Origin: an uncultured delta proteobacterium
Lineage (GTDB): Bacteria > Desulfobacterota > RBG-13-43-22
Direction: 5' to 3'
Assembly: GCA_963802945.1 (NCBI GenBank)
Contig: CAWDKY010000017.1
Location: 1 to 64,000 of the forward strand
Length of the DNA stretch: 64,000 bases
The position numbers were made by a program, and so were the translations under genes. The notes under the pieces are model-generated. The model saw nothing but the letters and a program-made list of their open reading frames with translations. It was not told where the DNA came from and made no database searches. Positions 32,313-42,990 of this stretch are shown piece by piece; the stretch's first letter is position 1; each line of letters starts with the position of its first letter.

Positions 32313-32740
32313 TTACGCTGCCTCTTCTTCAGTTCGAATCGGACTTGGTCCCAAGGCCCGGATCTTCTCGGTCATTTCTCTGGCAATTTCAGCAAAGCGG
32401 GGACCTTGGGCTGCCGAGAGATTATACATTTCCACCCGTTCGGGTTCAATCCCCAGGTTCGTCAGAATTTGTTTCACCCGGGCTACCCTCTTTTTGGCTT
32501 TGAGGTTTCCAGTCAGAAATGGCAATCTCCTTCCATACAACCGGCCACATAGACGCCGTCAGCCCCTTCTTCAATAGTTTTGAGAAGGTGAATCACATCC
32601 ACCCGGCCGGTACAGGGGAGCATGACCACCCGGATGTTGGTCGGATATTGAAGTCTCATCGAACCTGCCAGGTCCGCGGCGCTATAAGCTCAATGCTGGC
32701 AGCAGAAGGCCACAATCCTGGGCTCAAAAGGGGGGGGCAT
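32313..32740 (-). CDS. mvhD: MvhD/FlpD [2Fe-2S] subunit, selenoprotein (TGA at 32690-32692); 1-nt frameshift near 32518
   Basis: MPPPFEPRIVAFCCQH-U-AYSAADLAG...PCTGRVD...GCMEGDCHF(L)TGN...ERVEMYNLSA. Confidence 0.88.
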
Positions 32741-32808
32741 TAATATTTTTTCCTCAATATTTTTTAACTCGTTCATTGATCACAGTATTTCATACTAATC
32801 ATGTTGAA

Positions 32809-32887
32809 AGTTCAGAGTTCAGAGTTCGGAGTTCAGAGTGCAGAGTCCTGAAATTGAAGTTCAACTCCGAACTCCCGACTCCGAACT
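32809..32887. repeat. Heptamer array AGTTCAG with an inverted AACTCCG partner
   Basis: Directly visible. A related array lies at ~59956-59985 and another inverted heptamer pair at 32230-32307. Confidence 0.7.
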
Positions 32888-32895
32888 AATTACTG

Positions 32896-35800
32896 TCAGG
32901 CCGCCATCATGGCCTGCACCTTGGCCAGCACCTGTCGGTCCGTAAAATGTTGCAGGCTGAGGGCCTTGGCCGGACATTCGGCGACGCAGACCCCGCAGCC
33001 CTGGCATCTGGTCATATCAATTTCCGCTGCTCCCCGCTCACCGATAACCGGGACCCTGAAGGGGCAGACCCGGACACAGGTCAAACAAACCGCGCAGAGG
33101 TCTTCCTGAACAACGGCCACTACGCCGCCTACCTGGATGGTCTCCTTGGCCAGTAGCGTTAAAGCCCTACCAACAGCGGCCTGGGCTTGGGCAATACTTT
33201 CATCAATGGGTTTGGGATAATGGGCCAAACCGCAAAGAAAGATCCCGGCGTTGGCAAAATCCACTGGTCGAAGTTTCATGTGGGCTTCAAGAAGAAACCC
33301 CTCACTATTCAATGGGACCTTGAGGATTTCGGAGAGTTCTTTGACAGGATTGGGAATAATTGCCGAGGCCAGAGTTAACAGCTCGGGGCTCAAGGTAATG
33401 GGTCTGCCCAGGATATGATCCATGACGGTTACCGTCAGCCGGTCTCCTTCCACTCTAACTTCCGGTTTGTTTTCCAGGCTGTAAAGGATAAAAAGGATCC
33501 CCTGATTTCGGGCTTCCCGGTATAGATCTTCCCGTACCCCGAAAGTTCTCATGTCCCGATAGAGGATATAGATATCCATTTCGGGGTTGAGCTTTTTCAG
33601 GGCCAAAGCACTTTCAACACTGTGGGTACAACAAATTTTGCTGCAGTAAGGCCGATCGGGTTCTCGAGAGCCGACGCATTGGATAAATACCGCAGTTTGG
33701 GCCTTGGTTAGGCGTTCTTCCTGATTGATAATCGCCTGATCCAATTCTAAGGCGGTTACAATCCGCGGATCCTGCCCGTAACCATAGACATCCGGTTTCC
33801 ATTCTTGCCCGCCGGTAGCCAAAATAACCAGCCCATGTTCAATATCCTGGTTTTGACCGCTTTTAACTATGGTCGTATTGAAATTACCCACAAAGCCGGA
33901 AGATTGAGAGATTTCGGTGTTGAAGTGGATCCGGATCAATGGGTTGTTGGTGACTTTATTTATTAGGTCAAGGACATATTTCCTAATATCCTCCCCTTTC
34001 CAGGTATGCCTTAATTTTAGGGCATTGCCTCCAAGTCTATCCGTTTTTTCAATCAAGTGGACTGGATAACCCTGTTCAGCCAGATGCAGGGTGGCTGTCA
34101 TTCCAGCGACCCCGCCCCCGACCACCAGGCCGGATTTCTTTAATGGAAAAGAGATTTTTTTCAAGGGTTCCAGGTAGCTGACTCGGGCCACGGCCATACG
34201 AACCAGATCTTTGGCCTTGTCGGTGGCCTTCTCCGGTTCATGTTGGTGGACCCAGGAATTCTGATCACGGATATTTGCCATGTCAAAGAGATATTTATTG
34301 ATACCTACCTCTTGAAGGGTTTCCTGGAACATAGGTTCATGAGTTCTTGGAGAACAGGAAGCAACCACGACTCGATTAATATTTTTTTCTCGGATAATCT
34401 CCTTCATTTTATCCTGGACATCCTGGGAACAGGTGAAGAGGTTCTGATCAACATGGACCACATGGGGCAAGGTTTTTGTATATTCAGCAACACTGGGAAC
34501 ATCAACGATGCCACCGATATTTATCCCACAATTACAGATAAAGACCCCAATCCGCGGTTGCTGGCCCTCAACATTGATCTCCTCAGGATATTCCTTCATC
34601 TTGATTAAAGTATTGCGAACCGAGGTCAGGGATTGGGTGGCGGCACAGGAGGCTGCCGAGGCCTCCATAACTGTCTGGGGAATATCTTTGGGTCCGCCAA
34701 AGGTCCCACAGGCATAAATGCCCGGCGTTTCCGTGCTCACCGGAGAAAAACTGCTGACCTTGACGAACTTATTATTATCCAGGGGCACACCCAATTTCTC
34801 GGCCAGGGCAATGGCTTCCGGAGAGGTCTCCACGCCAACGGAGAGGACCACCATATCAAATTCTTCCTTGTTAAGGAGATCCCCATTTTCCGATACATAT
34901 TGAATCAGGAGGTTGTCCTTGCCGGGGATCGGTTCTATGGAGGGGATGCGGGAGCGGACAAAACGGATTCCTCGTTCTTGTTCAGCCCAATTATAGTATT
35001 TCTCAAAATCTTTACCATAGGTTCGTATATCGATAAAGAATATGGTTGTCTCCAAACCCTGGGGACAATGCTCCTTGGCAATCACAGCCTCTTTTATGGC
35101 ATACATACAGCAGACCGCTGAACAATAGCCATGGTCGCAATGGTTGATGTCCCTGGATCCAATACATTGCAGCCAGGCAATCTTTTTGGGTTCCTGGTGA
35201 TCCGAAGGTCTCACTAAATGACCTTGAAAAGGACCTGAGGCCGAAAGGATCCGTTCAAATTCCAGGCTGGTTACCACATTAGGGTGTTTGGCATATTGAT
35301 AGGTTCCAAAGGAAGAAGGATCAAAGGGCTGAAATCCGGGAGCCATAATGACGGAACCGACTTGGAGGGTTATGGTTGCTTCTTGATCCTGATGGTTGAT
35401 GGCTCCGGCCTTACAAGCCGTGACGCACTGCATACATTCGGAACAAATCCCGCAATTCAAGCACCGTTCAGCTTCCTTCTTCCCTTCCTCCGGGGTGTAC
35501 CCTTTTTCCACTTCTTCGAAACAAGTACAACGGATTTCCGGAGGCACCACCTCCATGGGATGGCGGGGTTTTTTCTCTTCATCCAAGGGTAAATTGGCCC
35601 ACTGGGCCTCTTGACTCTTTTCCCTGGTTCGGCCGGCAACCAGATCTTCTCCTTGGAGATATCGATCGATGGAAATAGCGGCTTCTTGTCCTTCAGCAAC
35701 TGCCCCTATGGCGATATAAGGTCCGGTATGCATATCACCACCGGCAAATACGCCGGGAAGACCGGTGGCCAAGGTCAACGGATCCACTTCAATGGTTCCA

Positions 35801-37332
35801 TGGCGGGTGAAATTCAACCCCTTGATCCCTCCCACCGCGGCCAGGTCAGTAGCCTGTCCTATGGCGGGTATGATCATGTCAACATCCAGGACGAATTCGG
35901 ATCCCTCGATGGGGATCGGACTGCGGCGGCCGGTGGCATCCGGTTCCCCCAGTTTCATTTTAAGGCATTCCAACCCAACTGCCCGGCCCTCAGCCACAAG
36001 TGCCTTTGTTGGTGCAGCCAAATAATAGATCTTGACACCTTCGCAAAGGGAAGCCTCTATTTCTTCTTCCCAGGCGGGCATTTCTTGCCGGGTTCGGCGA
36101 TAAACGATAGTGACTTCTTTGACACCCAAACGGATGGCCGACCTGGCTACGTCAATGGCTACATTACCGCCGCCGATGATGGCCAATTTTTTCCCTAACC
36201 GGACACCCCGTTTTAAATTAATATCCCTTAGCAAGTCCGTCCCTTGAACGATTCCTTCGGCCTCCTCACCGGGTATTCCCAAATTTCTGCCCTGATGAGC
36301 CCCCAAGGCCAGATAAACCGCTTTAAAGCCCTTTACAAACAGGTCTTCAATGCTGAAATCCTTGCCTAAGGCCGAATTGGTCTTTAGAATGACTCCTAAT
36401 TTTAGAATTGAATCAATTTCATTTTGCAGAATATCTTTGGGAAGTCGGTAATCGGGGATGCCGACTTTGAGCATCCCACCGGGTTCGGGCAAGGCTTCAA
36501 AGATGGATACCAGATACCCCTTAAGGGCCAAAAAATAGGCGGCGGTTAAACCGGCCGGACCACTTCCGATGACGGCCACCTTTTTTTCCTTTTTTTCTAT
36601 TTCAGGCAGGGGAAAGGAAAGGAGATCCACCTGGTCGGCAGCCAATCGTTTCAAGTTTCTTATAGACACAGACTCATCGATACTCGCCCGGCGGCATTCG
36701 ACCTCACAAGGGTGAGGACAGATCCTTCCCAAGACCCCCACCAAAGGCAAATGTTCCCTTATTAGGGCTACCGCCTCCTTATATTTTCCTATTTTTACCA
36801 GTTGAACATATCCTTGGACATTAATATGGGCAGGGCAGGTCATGGTACATGGTGCCCTATCCAACTTTTCTATAGCGAAGGCATTAGGGAAAGCTTGGGC
36901 ATACGGTCTGTACACAGCTTTCCTTTTAGAGAGCCCCTGATCAAAAGTATTTTCTATTACCACAGGGCAGACATCAGCACAATCACCGCAACCCGTACAC
37001 TTGGATAGATCGATATATCGAGGCTTTCTCCGGACCGTTATGGTAAAATTTCCAGGTTTTCCTTGAATATTTTGGATGTCGGAAAGGGTCAAGATTTGGA
37101 TATTTAAATGTCTTCCACATTCCACGACCTTAGGAGAGAGGATACACATGGAGCAATCGTTGGTGGGAAAGGTTTTGTCCAACTGGGACATAGCCCCGCC
37201 AATGGCCGGAGATTTTTCCACCAAATAAACATAGTAGCCTGATTCAGCGAGATCCAGGGAGGCTTGAATACCGGCGATCCCGGCCCCGATCACCATAACA
37301 GCACCGACTTTATTTTCTTTTTCTCCTGCCAT
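32896..37332 (-). CDS. hdrA: HdrA-like large flavoprotein with an inserted GltD/NfnB-type NAD(P)H-binding module (HdrL type)
   Basis: LDKTFPTNDC, CIGSRD..CSAVCC, CSPRTHE, second CVGSRE..CSKICC; insert with GSGPAGL, GGGNVAID and YRR; several ferredoxin motifs. Confidence 0.92.
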   Translation of the reverse strand: MAGEKENKVGAVMVIGAGIAGIQASLDLAESGYYVYLVEKSPAIGGAMSQLDKTFPTNDCSMCILSPKVVECGRHLNIQILTLSDIQNIQGKPGNFTITVRRKPRYIDLSKCTGCGDCADVCPVVIENTFDQGLSKRKAVYRPYAQAFPNAFAIEKLDRAPCTMTCPAHINVQGYVQLVKIGKYKEAVALIREHLPLVGVLGRICPHPCEVECRRASIDESVSIRNLKRLAADQVDLLSFPLPEIEKKEKKVAVIGSGPAGLTAAYFLALKGYLVSIFEALPEPGGMLKVGIPDYRLPKDILQNEIDSILKLGVILKTNSALGKDFSIEDLFVKGFKAVYLALGAHQGRNLGIPGEEAEGIVQGTDLLRDINLKRGVRLGKKLAIIGGGNVAIDVARSAIRLGVKEVTIVYRRTRQEMPAWEEEIEASLCEGVKIYYLAAPTKALVAEGRAVGLECLKMKLGEPDATGRRSPIPIEGSEFVLDVDMIIPAIGQATDLAAVGGIKGLNFTRHGTIEVDPLTLATGLPGVFAGGDMHTGPYIAIGAVAEGQEAAISIDRYLQGEDLVAGRTREKSQEAQWANLPLDEEKKPRHPMEVVPPEIRCTCFEEVEKGYTPEEGKKEAERCLNCGICSECMQCVTACKAGAINHQDQEATITLQVGSVIMAPGFQPFDPSSFGTYQYAKHPNVVTSLEFERILSASGPFQGHLVRPSDHQEPKKIAWLQCIGSRDINHCDHGYCSAVCCMYAIKEAVIAKEHCPQGLETTIFFIDIRTYGKDFEKYYNWAEQERGIRFVRSRIPSIEPIPGKDNLLIQYVSENGDLLNKEEFDMVVLSVGVETSPEAIALAEKLGVPLDNNKFVKVSSFSPVSTETPGIYACGTFGGPKDIPQTVMEASAASCAATQSLTSVRNTLIKMKEYPEEINVEGQQPRIGVFICNCGINIGGIVDVPSVAEYTKTLPHVVHVDQNLFTCSQDVQDKMKEIIREKNINRVVVASCSPRTHEPMFQETLQEVGINKYLFDMANIRDQNSWVHQHEPEKATDKAKDLVRMAVARVSYLEPLKKISFPLKKSGLVVGGGVAGMTATLHLAEQGYPVHLIEKTDRLGGNALKLRHTWKGEDIRKYVLDLINKVTNNPLIRIHFNTEISQSSGFVGNFNTTIVKSGQNQDIEHGLVILATGGQEWKPDVYGYGQDPRIVTALELDQAIINQEERLTKAQTAVFIQCVGSREPDRPYCSKICCTHSVESALALKKLNPEMDIYILYRDMRTFGVREDLYREARNQGILFILYSLENKPEVRVEGDRLTVTVMDHILGRPITLSPELLTLASAIIPNPVKELSEILKVPLNSEGFLLEAHMKLRPVDFANAGIFLCGLAHYPKPIDESIAQAQAAVGRALTLLAKETIQVGGVVAVVQEDLCAVCLTCVRVCPFRVPVIGERGAAEIDMTRCQGCGVCVAECPAKALSLQHFTDRQVLAKVQAMMAA

Positions 37333-37355
37333 ATCTTATTTCCTTAAAGGACGTC

Positions 37356-37508
37356 TCAAGAAGAGCAGTGGATAATCTGATGAGACATAGGATAGGACAC
37401 CGGACAGCCGACGCTGCATTTGCGGCATTGGTAGCAGGCCGATATTGGCCTATCCATGGCGGCCCCGACCTCATTTAGAAACTGGGAGTCAATATGTATG
37501 CCGGACAT
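37356..37508 (-). pseudogene. hdrC: Truncated hdrC (50 aa)
   Basis: MSGIHIDSQFLNEVGAAMDRPISACYQCRKCSVGCPVSYPM...*, directly upstream of hdrA; no hdrB present. Confidence 0.75.
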
Positions 37509-37979
37509 GTTCACCTTTAAAGCCCTTTGGCAAAGGGCGCCGATAGGGCAAAAACCTGTAAAGTGAAAGTATAATTTCCTATCGAGAATGGGTCAAGGAC
37601 AAAAAGGAATTTGATACCGTCACTCAAAGCGACAATTCTCTATCTGCTATGTTTATTTATCTTATCCAACGGATAGAAATGAATTAGAAATTCCAGAATG
37701 ATCATCTAGATGGTCACCCTTAATTTAAGACTGCAAAAATATTACCAAAAATCAGGGCCTGCAAGAAATCTATAGGAAATACCTGGAACTATAAGATAAC
37801 TGGTTAATTTATTAAGAAGAAGATGATGGCGATCAGTTGGGGCATTCTTTATTCGGGCAAAAAACTGTCTCCGCCTGTTAAAAACAAATGACAATATTGT
37901 AATGAAAGGGATTGATAAGTTAACAATTTTGTAAAGTTGATAGCCATTATCTATTTATTCTTACCTTCTGTTTTTCTCC

Positions 37980-38007
37980 TTGATCCCTTTTTTTCTTATC
38001 CTATATT
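37980..38007 (+). promoter_or_regulatory. Sigma70-like promoter, copy of the recurring module
   Basis: TTGATC-16-TATATT with the same CCTTG / TTCTT / CTTTTCATC context as 51352, 53250, 54344 and 55443. Confidence 0.55.
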
Positions 38008-38031
38008 CTTTTCATCTCAACAAATTTATTT

Positions 38032-38106
38032 ATGATTATGCTGCAAGGTCGAATTGATATTCATCACCATGTCATCCCACCTGCCTTTATAGAGGCGATG
38101 ACCAAC
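38032..38106 (+). pseudogene. N-terminal fragment of an amidohydrolase, cut at an attC site
   Basis: RIDIHHHVIPP motif; similarity ends at ACC AAC, which is the attC core. Confidence 0.65.
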
Positions 38107-38165
38107 GAAAAGCTAAGCCGGAGTGGCCCGAGAGGGACGCGATCTGCTTCATGCCGTTGTTATGC
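38100..38165 (-). other. attC-like integron recombination site
   Basis: Minus strand GCATAAC AACGG CATGAAGCAG...CGGCTTAG CTTTTC GTTGGTC, immediately after a TGA stop. Confidence 0.7.
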
Positions 38166-38166
38166 G

Positions 38167-38960
38167 TCATCTCCGATCCTTGATGCCAGCCAGTATTGGA
38201 GAATATCCTCCAGTCTCAGCCTCGGGATCTTGATAAGTCAACCTGACGCCAATTCCACTTCATCTGGCACCTCACGTCCCTCGCGCTCCGACCAGAAGTT
38301 CCCTTGAAGCCAGAGTTTCAAGTCCTCAAGATCACGCAGGCGAAAGAAGTTTCGACTGGCTTCCTGAGAGGCAAGCCACAAGGCGTCTCGGCTAAAAGTC
38401 GTATTTGTAACCGACAGACCGGCGTTGAAGAAGCTCCCCCTTCAAGACAATAGGCGATCAACATTTTCTCTGCCGGTCTTGCGCGCCTCTTGGTGATGTT
38501 TGACCTGAACAGCAACGAGTTGAAAAACAACGTTCGAAGCTCGGGAGCAATTAGGTCAATGCCACCATCTCGTGCATTGGTTGAACCGGTCCTCTGCACC
38601 TCAAAGCCCGCCTTGTCAAGACGCTCGGCCACTAAACTTTCAAATGACTCAGCCGAGAGTTCTCTTAAACGATCGGGTTCATTACCGAGCATTCGGAGCA
38701 GCTCCGATGTGATGTCAGAAACGGTGACAATTGTCGGAGTATCCACTGCTAGGAGGTCGAGGGAGCGACACCACCGCTGAAACGGACCGAACGTTGGGGG
38801 TTGCAAGCCAGCCTCCCACCGAGACAATGCTATCCGCGTTGTCCCAATGCTCACAGCGAGTTCCTCCTGTGAGACTCCGCTAACATCTCGAACATACTTG
38901 AGTACCCTACCAAGTTCTCGGGAAAACTCTGTCGGCTGCGCCCGGTGCTCCGCCAAATGA
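38167..38960 (-). CDS. XRE-HTH + Mrr-like restriction endonuclease (frameshifted), integron cassette gene
   Basis: SQEELAVSIGTTRIALSRWE HTH; FESLVAERL..GFEV..T...DGGIDL; VQVKH and VTNTTFS in a shifted frame. Start uncertain. Confidence 0.75.
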
Positions 38961-39392
38961 AACTCAGCATACAAGAAGATCGCTGCCAAGGCAGTTGCTT
39001 CGCCGAATCGGCGTTCATTGAACGCCACGTCTCGGGTTGTTTCGATTGACAGAAAGCACCGGCGACCTCGTTTCCTCGACGAATTGGGGAGCCCAGGAAG
39101 GCCTTGGGCAGCTCCCGTGAGGCGAAAAACCGATAGGGAAGGCAAGAAAAAAGGCAGGTGGCGGGAGGGGAAAGAAAAAATATTTGCTGGCTTTATGGAC
39201 CTGTATTTAGACCTCTGATTAAATAATATCAATCGGGTTGATCTATGGTAAGATAAAGTGCCAATGCATGGCATGGTCATGTTTATTCAAGGATTACTAC
39301 CTTGGATTAGACTCCGGCTGTGGCCGGAATAATGAAAAAATCCCTTCGGCGGGCTGTTGAGCCTGCACCTGATAAAAGAAAGGAGAAAAACT

Positions 39393-40382
39393 ATGTTCAA
39401 GACAGCCATCACCGACATGTTTGGAATCAAATATCCCATCATCTGCGGGGCAATGATGTTTTTATGCAAACCGAAACTCTGTGCGGCCATATCCAATGCC
39501 GGGGGAATGGGGAATCTTACGGCCGGAAATTGGGAAACGGAAGAAACCTTTCGCCAGGCCATTGAGGAAACCCGAAAAATGACCAGTAAACCCTTCACGG
39601 TCAACATCACTCTTTTGCCCTCGGTTCGTTTGAATCCCGAGAATTATCAAATGTGGCTCAGGGTATGTGCCGAAGAAAAAATCGCCGCCATCGAGATTTC
39701 CGGCACACCCATTGATAAGGCCCTGGGCATGGGAACCATTGAGATGCTCAAAAAAGCAGGGGTAAAGATGTTTCATAAAGTGGGATCAGTCAGACATGCG
39801 ATTCACGCCGAACATGTTGGCTATGACGGGATCTATGCGGCAGGTGTCGAAGAGGGAGGCCATCCCCTGAATGACGATGTCACCACTATGCTTTTGACCC
39901 CCAGAATCGTCGAATCGGTCAAAATACCGGTGGTTACGGTAGGAGGTATAGCCGACGGCCGATCTTTGGCCGCGGCTTTGGTTTTAGGCGCCCAGGGGGT
40001 GATGATGGCCAGCCGGTTTATCGCCACCCGGGAATGTGAAGTCCATGATAAGCACAAACAGGAACTGATAAACAGGCAGGAACATGAGACGGTTCTTTAT
40101 GGGCAGTCCACCGGCCTCCAGGGCCGGGGATTGAAGAACAAAACGGTATCGGAAATCATGGCCATTGAAAAACAAGGCGGCGGTCTGGATGATCTGATTC
40201 CCTTCATGTCCGGCCTGCGGATGAGGGAGGCCTGGATTTCGGGAGATACGGAATCCGCTGTCTTGCCGGTCGGCCAGTCCATCGGTCTGATCAGGGATAT
40301 CCCCACCTGTCAGGAACTCTTGGACCGCATGGGAAAAGAAACCGGGGACTATCTGAATAAAGCCGGGAAAATGATTCAGTAG
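39393..40382 (+). CDS. Nitronate monooxygenase / FabK-like flavoprotein
   Basis: IKYPIICGAM, SNAGGMG, EEGGH, GGIADGR, GQSIGLI. Confidence 0.9.
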   Translation: MFKTAITDMFGIKYPIICGAMMFLCKPKLCAAISNAGGMGNLTAGNWETEETFRQAIEETRKMTSKPFTVNITLLPSVRLNPENYQMWLRVCAEEKIAAIEISGTPIDKALGMGTIEMLKKAGVKMFHKVGSVRHAIHAEHVGYDGIYAAGVEEGGHPLNDDVTTMLLTPRIVESVKIPVVTVGGIADGRSLAAALVLGAQGVMMASRFIATRECEVHDKHKQELINRQEHETVLYGQSTGLQGRGLKNKTVSEIMAIEKQGGGLDDLIPFMSGLRMREAWISGDTESAVLPVGQSIGLIRDIPTCQELLDRMGKETGDYLNKAGKMIQ

Positions 40383-40687
40383 TTCCAAATTTTTCCAATG
40401 ATTAATCCACCGATCTAAAAAATTTTAAAAAGAAAACTGCTATGATTAGGACGCTGGCACAGTATGTCGATAGTTTGAATGATATCGTAAGTTAGCACTT
40501 GTTAAGGTAATTCAAGGAATAGAACGTATGGAAAAAAGGCGATTTTTAACGACGTCCCCATTTATGCAAGATTAGGTATCCTGACCAGTATTTGGGTTGA
40601 GGAATAGTGTCAAGATAACTCTTCTTGCGACTTACAAATGTGGTGATAAGTCAGCGCAAAGGGTTGATGATTTCCAATTGAAAGAGA

Positions 40688-40759
40688 GAGTAACACCCAA
40701 GCTCAACTGCCGCTATGAAGCGCGGCAGAATGAGGGTCAGGTGAAGCGCTGTGTTAGGC
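40688..40759 (-). other. attC-like integron recombination site
   Basis: Minus strand GCCTAAC (contains the gene's TAA) ACAGCG CTTCACCTG...CAGTTGAG CTTGGGT GTTACTC. Confidence 0.78.
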
Positions 40760-41632
40760 TTTTTGGAATATCAATACATCTTGGAAGAATGCTCCAGGAA
40801 CTTCTTTCCAGTTCCCCGGATAATGGTCAATTAGTTTCATTCCAGATCTTGAAATAAGTTTATTAAGGCCGAATTCAGTGACACCTATTGCAAGTTCAGG
40901 AACTTCTGCCCATTTTGGATGTAACCAGGCATCTGATCCATAGGATGGTTGATCAAAAACCCATTGATCCTGCGACGTCATGTGAAATCTACCTTCTTGT
41001 TTTGACCTCCTGCTAAGGCTATTTCTGTAAGTTTCATCAAGCAGAAAAAACGTTACTATTGCTTTACTGTTTGGTTTGAGGACACGGCTTATCTCGTTAA
41101 AATAGAACAAAGCGTTATCTTCATTGAGATGGGTCCAAACGGACAAGGCTGTTGTTAGATCAAAGCACGCACTTTCGACAGGCCATTCTAATTTTGTGTC
41201 CTTCTGACCAGGAGCATAGACTGGATTGTTGACATCGAAATGTATAAACTCGAAATTTGCGGATGGATAATGCCCACGGCAGAAGTTGACATCCTCCTTA
41301 TTCACGTCAATGCCTATATATTTCCCATCTTGACCTAAGAAAGGTTCACTGGATATTCCCAATAACCCAGTTCCACAACCCACATCCAGTATCATGTTGT
41401 TATCTTTCTTCGGCAGATGAAGCAACATTAGAGTCTGGAAAATACCGATGACGTGTGCCCATTCGGCATAGGAATACTTACCACCTCTTCGATCACGTTC
41501 CTTTGGAATAAGGCGAATATTCTTTGTCCTGCGAATGTGTTTCCGATCTAAAGGAACGTATAAGTTGTCTAGCAAATGATACGGACTGACTCCTATTTGT
41601 CATAGTCCCTTAATGATTCTCTGTATGTTCAT
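40754..41632 (-). CDS. Class I SAM-dependent methyltransferase, cassette gene (in-frame TGA at codon 11, or TTG start at 41575)
   Basis: ILDVGCGTG, ALSVWTHL, ISRVLKP; RBS AAGAGGA before ATG 41632. Confidence 0.85.
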
Positions 41633-42152
41633 TTTGGAATCCTCTTGGGAAGCCTAATAAGTTATTATAAAGAGCTTTATATCTCCTTGTTAAAACAAAA
41701 AATCTCACCCTTTTATTAAAAAGCAGGGCCGAATATTCTACTCTTGACACTCTTTTGGTTAAAGGTTGTCAGCAGAAAAAAGTTTATGGCTTTTATTACT
41801 AATTTTCAATCTATAATTCCTAAAAAGTCAAGTCAGTTTATTAACTGTTCGTTGATTACGGTTGAAATCTTGGCTTTTTTCAAATAGGGGAGGTTGAGGA
41901 GGAAAAAGCCCTCAAGTTTCCTCAAACATAGCCTCCCCATAAATTTTTTTACAAATTAGCCGATTATATTATAATATTCCCTGTAGTTTTAAACCTACAA
42001 ATACCTTTCTTTAAGATCTTAAGAAGATTCATGGCCCGGATCGTCATTTTATAGAGACAAAGAGAAAATTCCCGGATTGGGGAGTTATGTGGAAACTATA
42101 GGACGTTACATTAGGCGGTAATCTATCATTGTAGACTGTGAAAGGATAATTT

Positions 42153-42965
42153 ATGAAATATGACTTTTTGAGTAAACTATCTCTACTCAAGGATCAGGCG
42201 TTTCAAATTAAGGCGTTGAAAAAAGAACAAGAGCATCTCAAACAGAAATGTCGCCAATTTGAGGCATTATTAGCGCAGACTGATTATTTACCTATTCCAC
42301 CGCAAGAGTTAATAGTGCGAGTAGATTACTCGGAAGATGTGGATCTTTTCCTGGGAGTTGGACGGAAAATATTTTGGGATTTGAAAAGGTTACTGGGCGG
42401 TATTGGAAAGAACTTTGAGTCTTTTCATTCCATTCTGGACTTTGGTTGTGGTTGCGGAAGAGTGACACGTTTCTTAAGACCAACCAACCATCAGGTTATC
42501 ACTGGAATGGACATTGATCCCGAGTCAATTGGATGGTGTAAAGCAAATCTTAGTCATATTGCTGAGTTTGAAACCATTAATTTTCTTCCACCTCTTCCAT
42601 TTACTGACGACAGTATCGACTTTGTTTTCTGTATCTCAGTCTTTACGCACCTGCCAGAAGATATGCGATTTCAGTGGTTGGAGGAATTGAGAAGAATTAC
42701 CAAGCCACAAGGGATATTTATAGCATCAATACATGGGGAAGGATTGTTACCTACGGATGACAGTGAAGTATTGAACAATTTCACAAAAAATAGCTTTGCT
42801 TATAAAAAAGGAGGAGGAACGAAAGGATTACCTGATTTTTATCAAACCACATATCATGCGAAATCGTATATTGATAAGAATTGGAGCAGGTATTTCAATA
42901 TCCTGAATATACAAACGAGGGCTATTAACAATCATCAGGATGGCATTGTCTGTCAAAAGGTATAA
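42153..42965 (+). CDS. Class I SAM-dependent methyltransferase
   Basis: ILDFGCGCGR, CISVFTHL, ELRRITKPQG. Confidence 0.9.
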   Translation: MKYDFLSKLSLLKDQAFQIKALKKEQEHLKQKCRQFEALLAQTDYLPIPPQELIVRVDYSEDVDLFLGVGRKIFWDLKRLLGGIGKNFESFHSILDFGCGCGRVTRFLRPTNHQVITGMDIDPESIGWCKANLSHIAEFETINFLPPLPFTDDSIDFVFCISVFTHLPEDMRFQWLEELRRITKPQGIFIASIHGEGLLPTDDSEVLNNFTKNSFAYKKGGGTKGLPDFYQTTYHAKSYIDKNWSRYFNILNIQTRAINNHQDGIVCQKV

Positions 42966-42990
42966 GGTTACCATAATTAAGAAATAAACT

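Noticed and set aside
41600-41602. In-frame TGA in the methyltransferase as selenocysteine
   Set aside because: It is not at a redox or Cys motif; a TGG>TGA mutation or read error is more likely.
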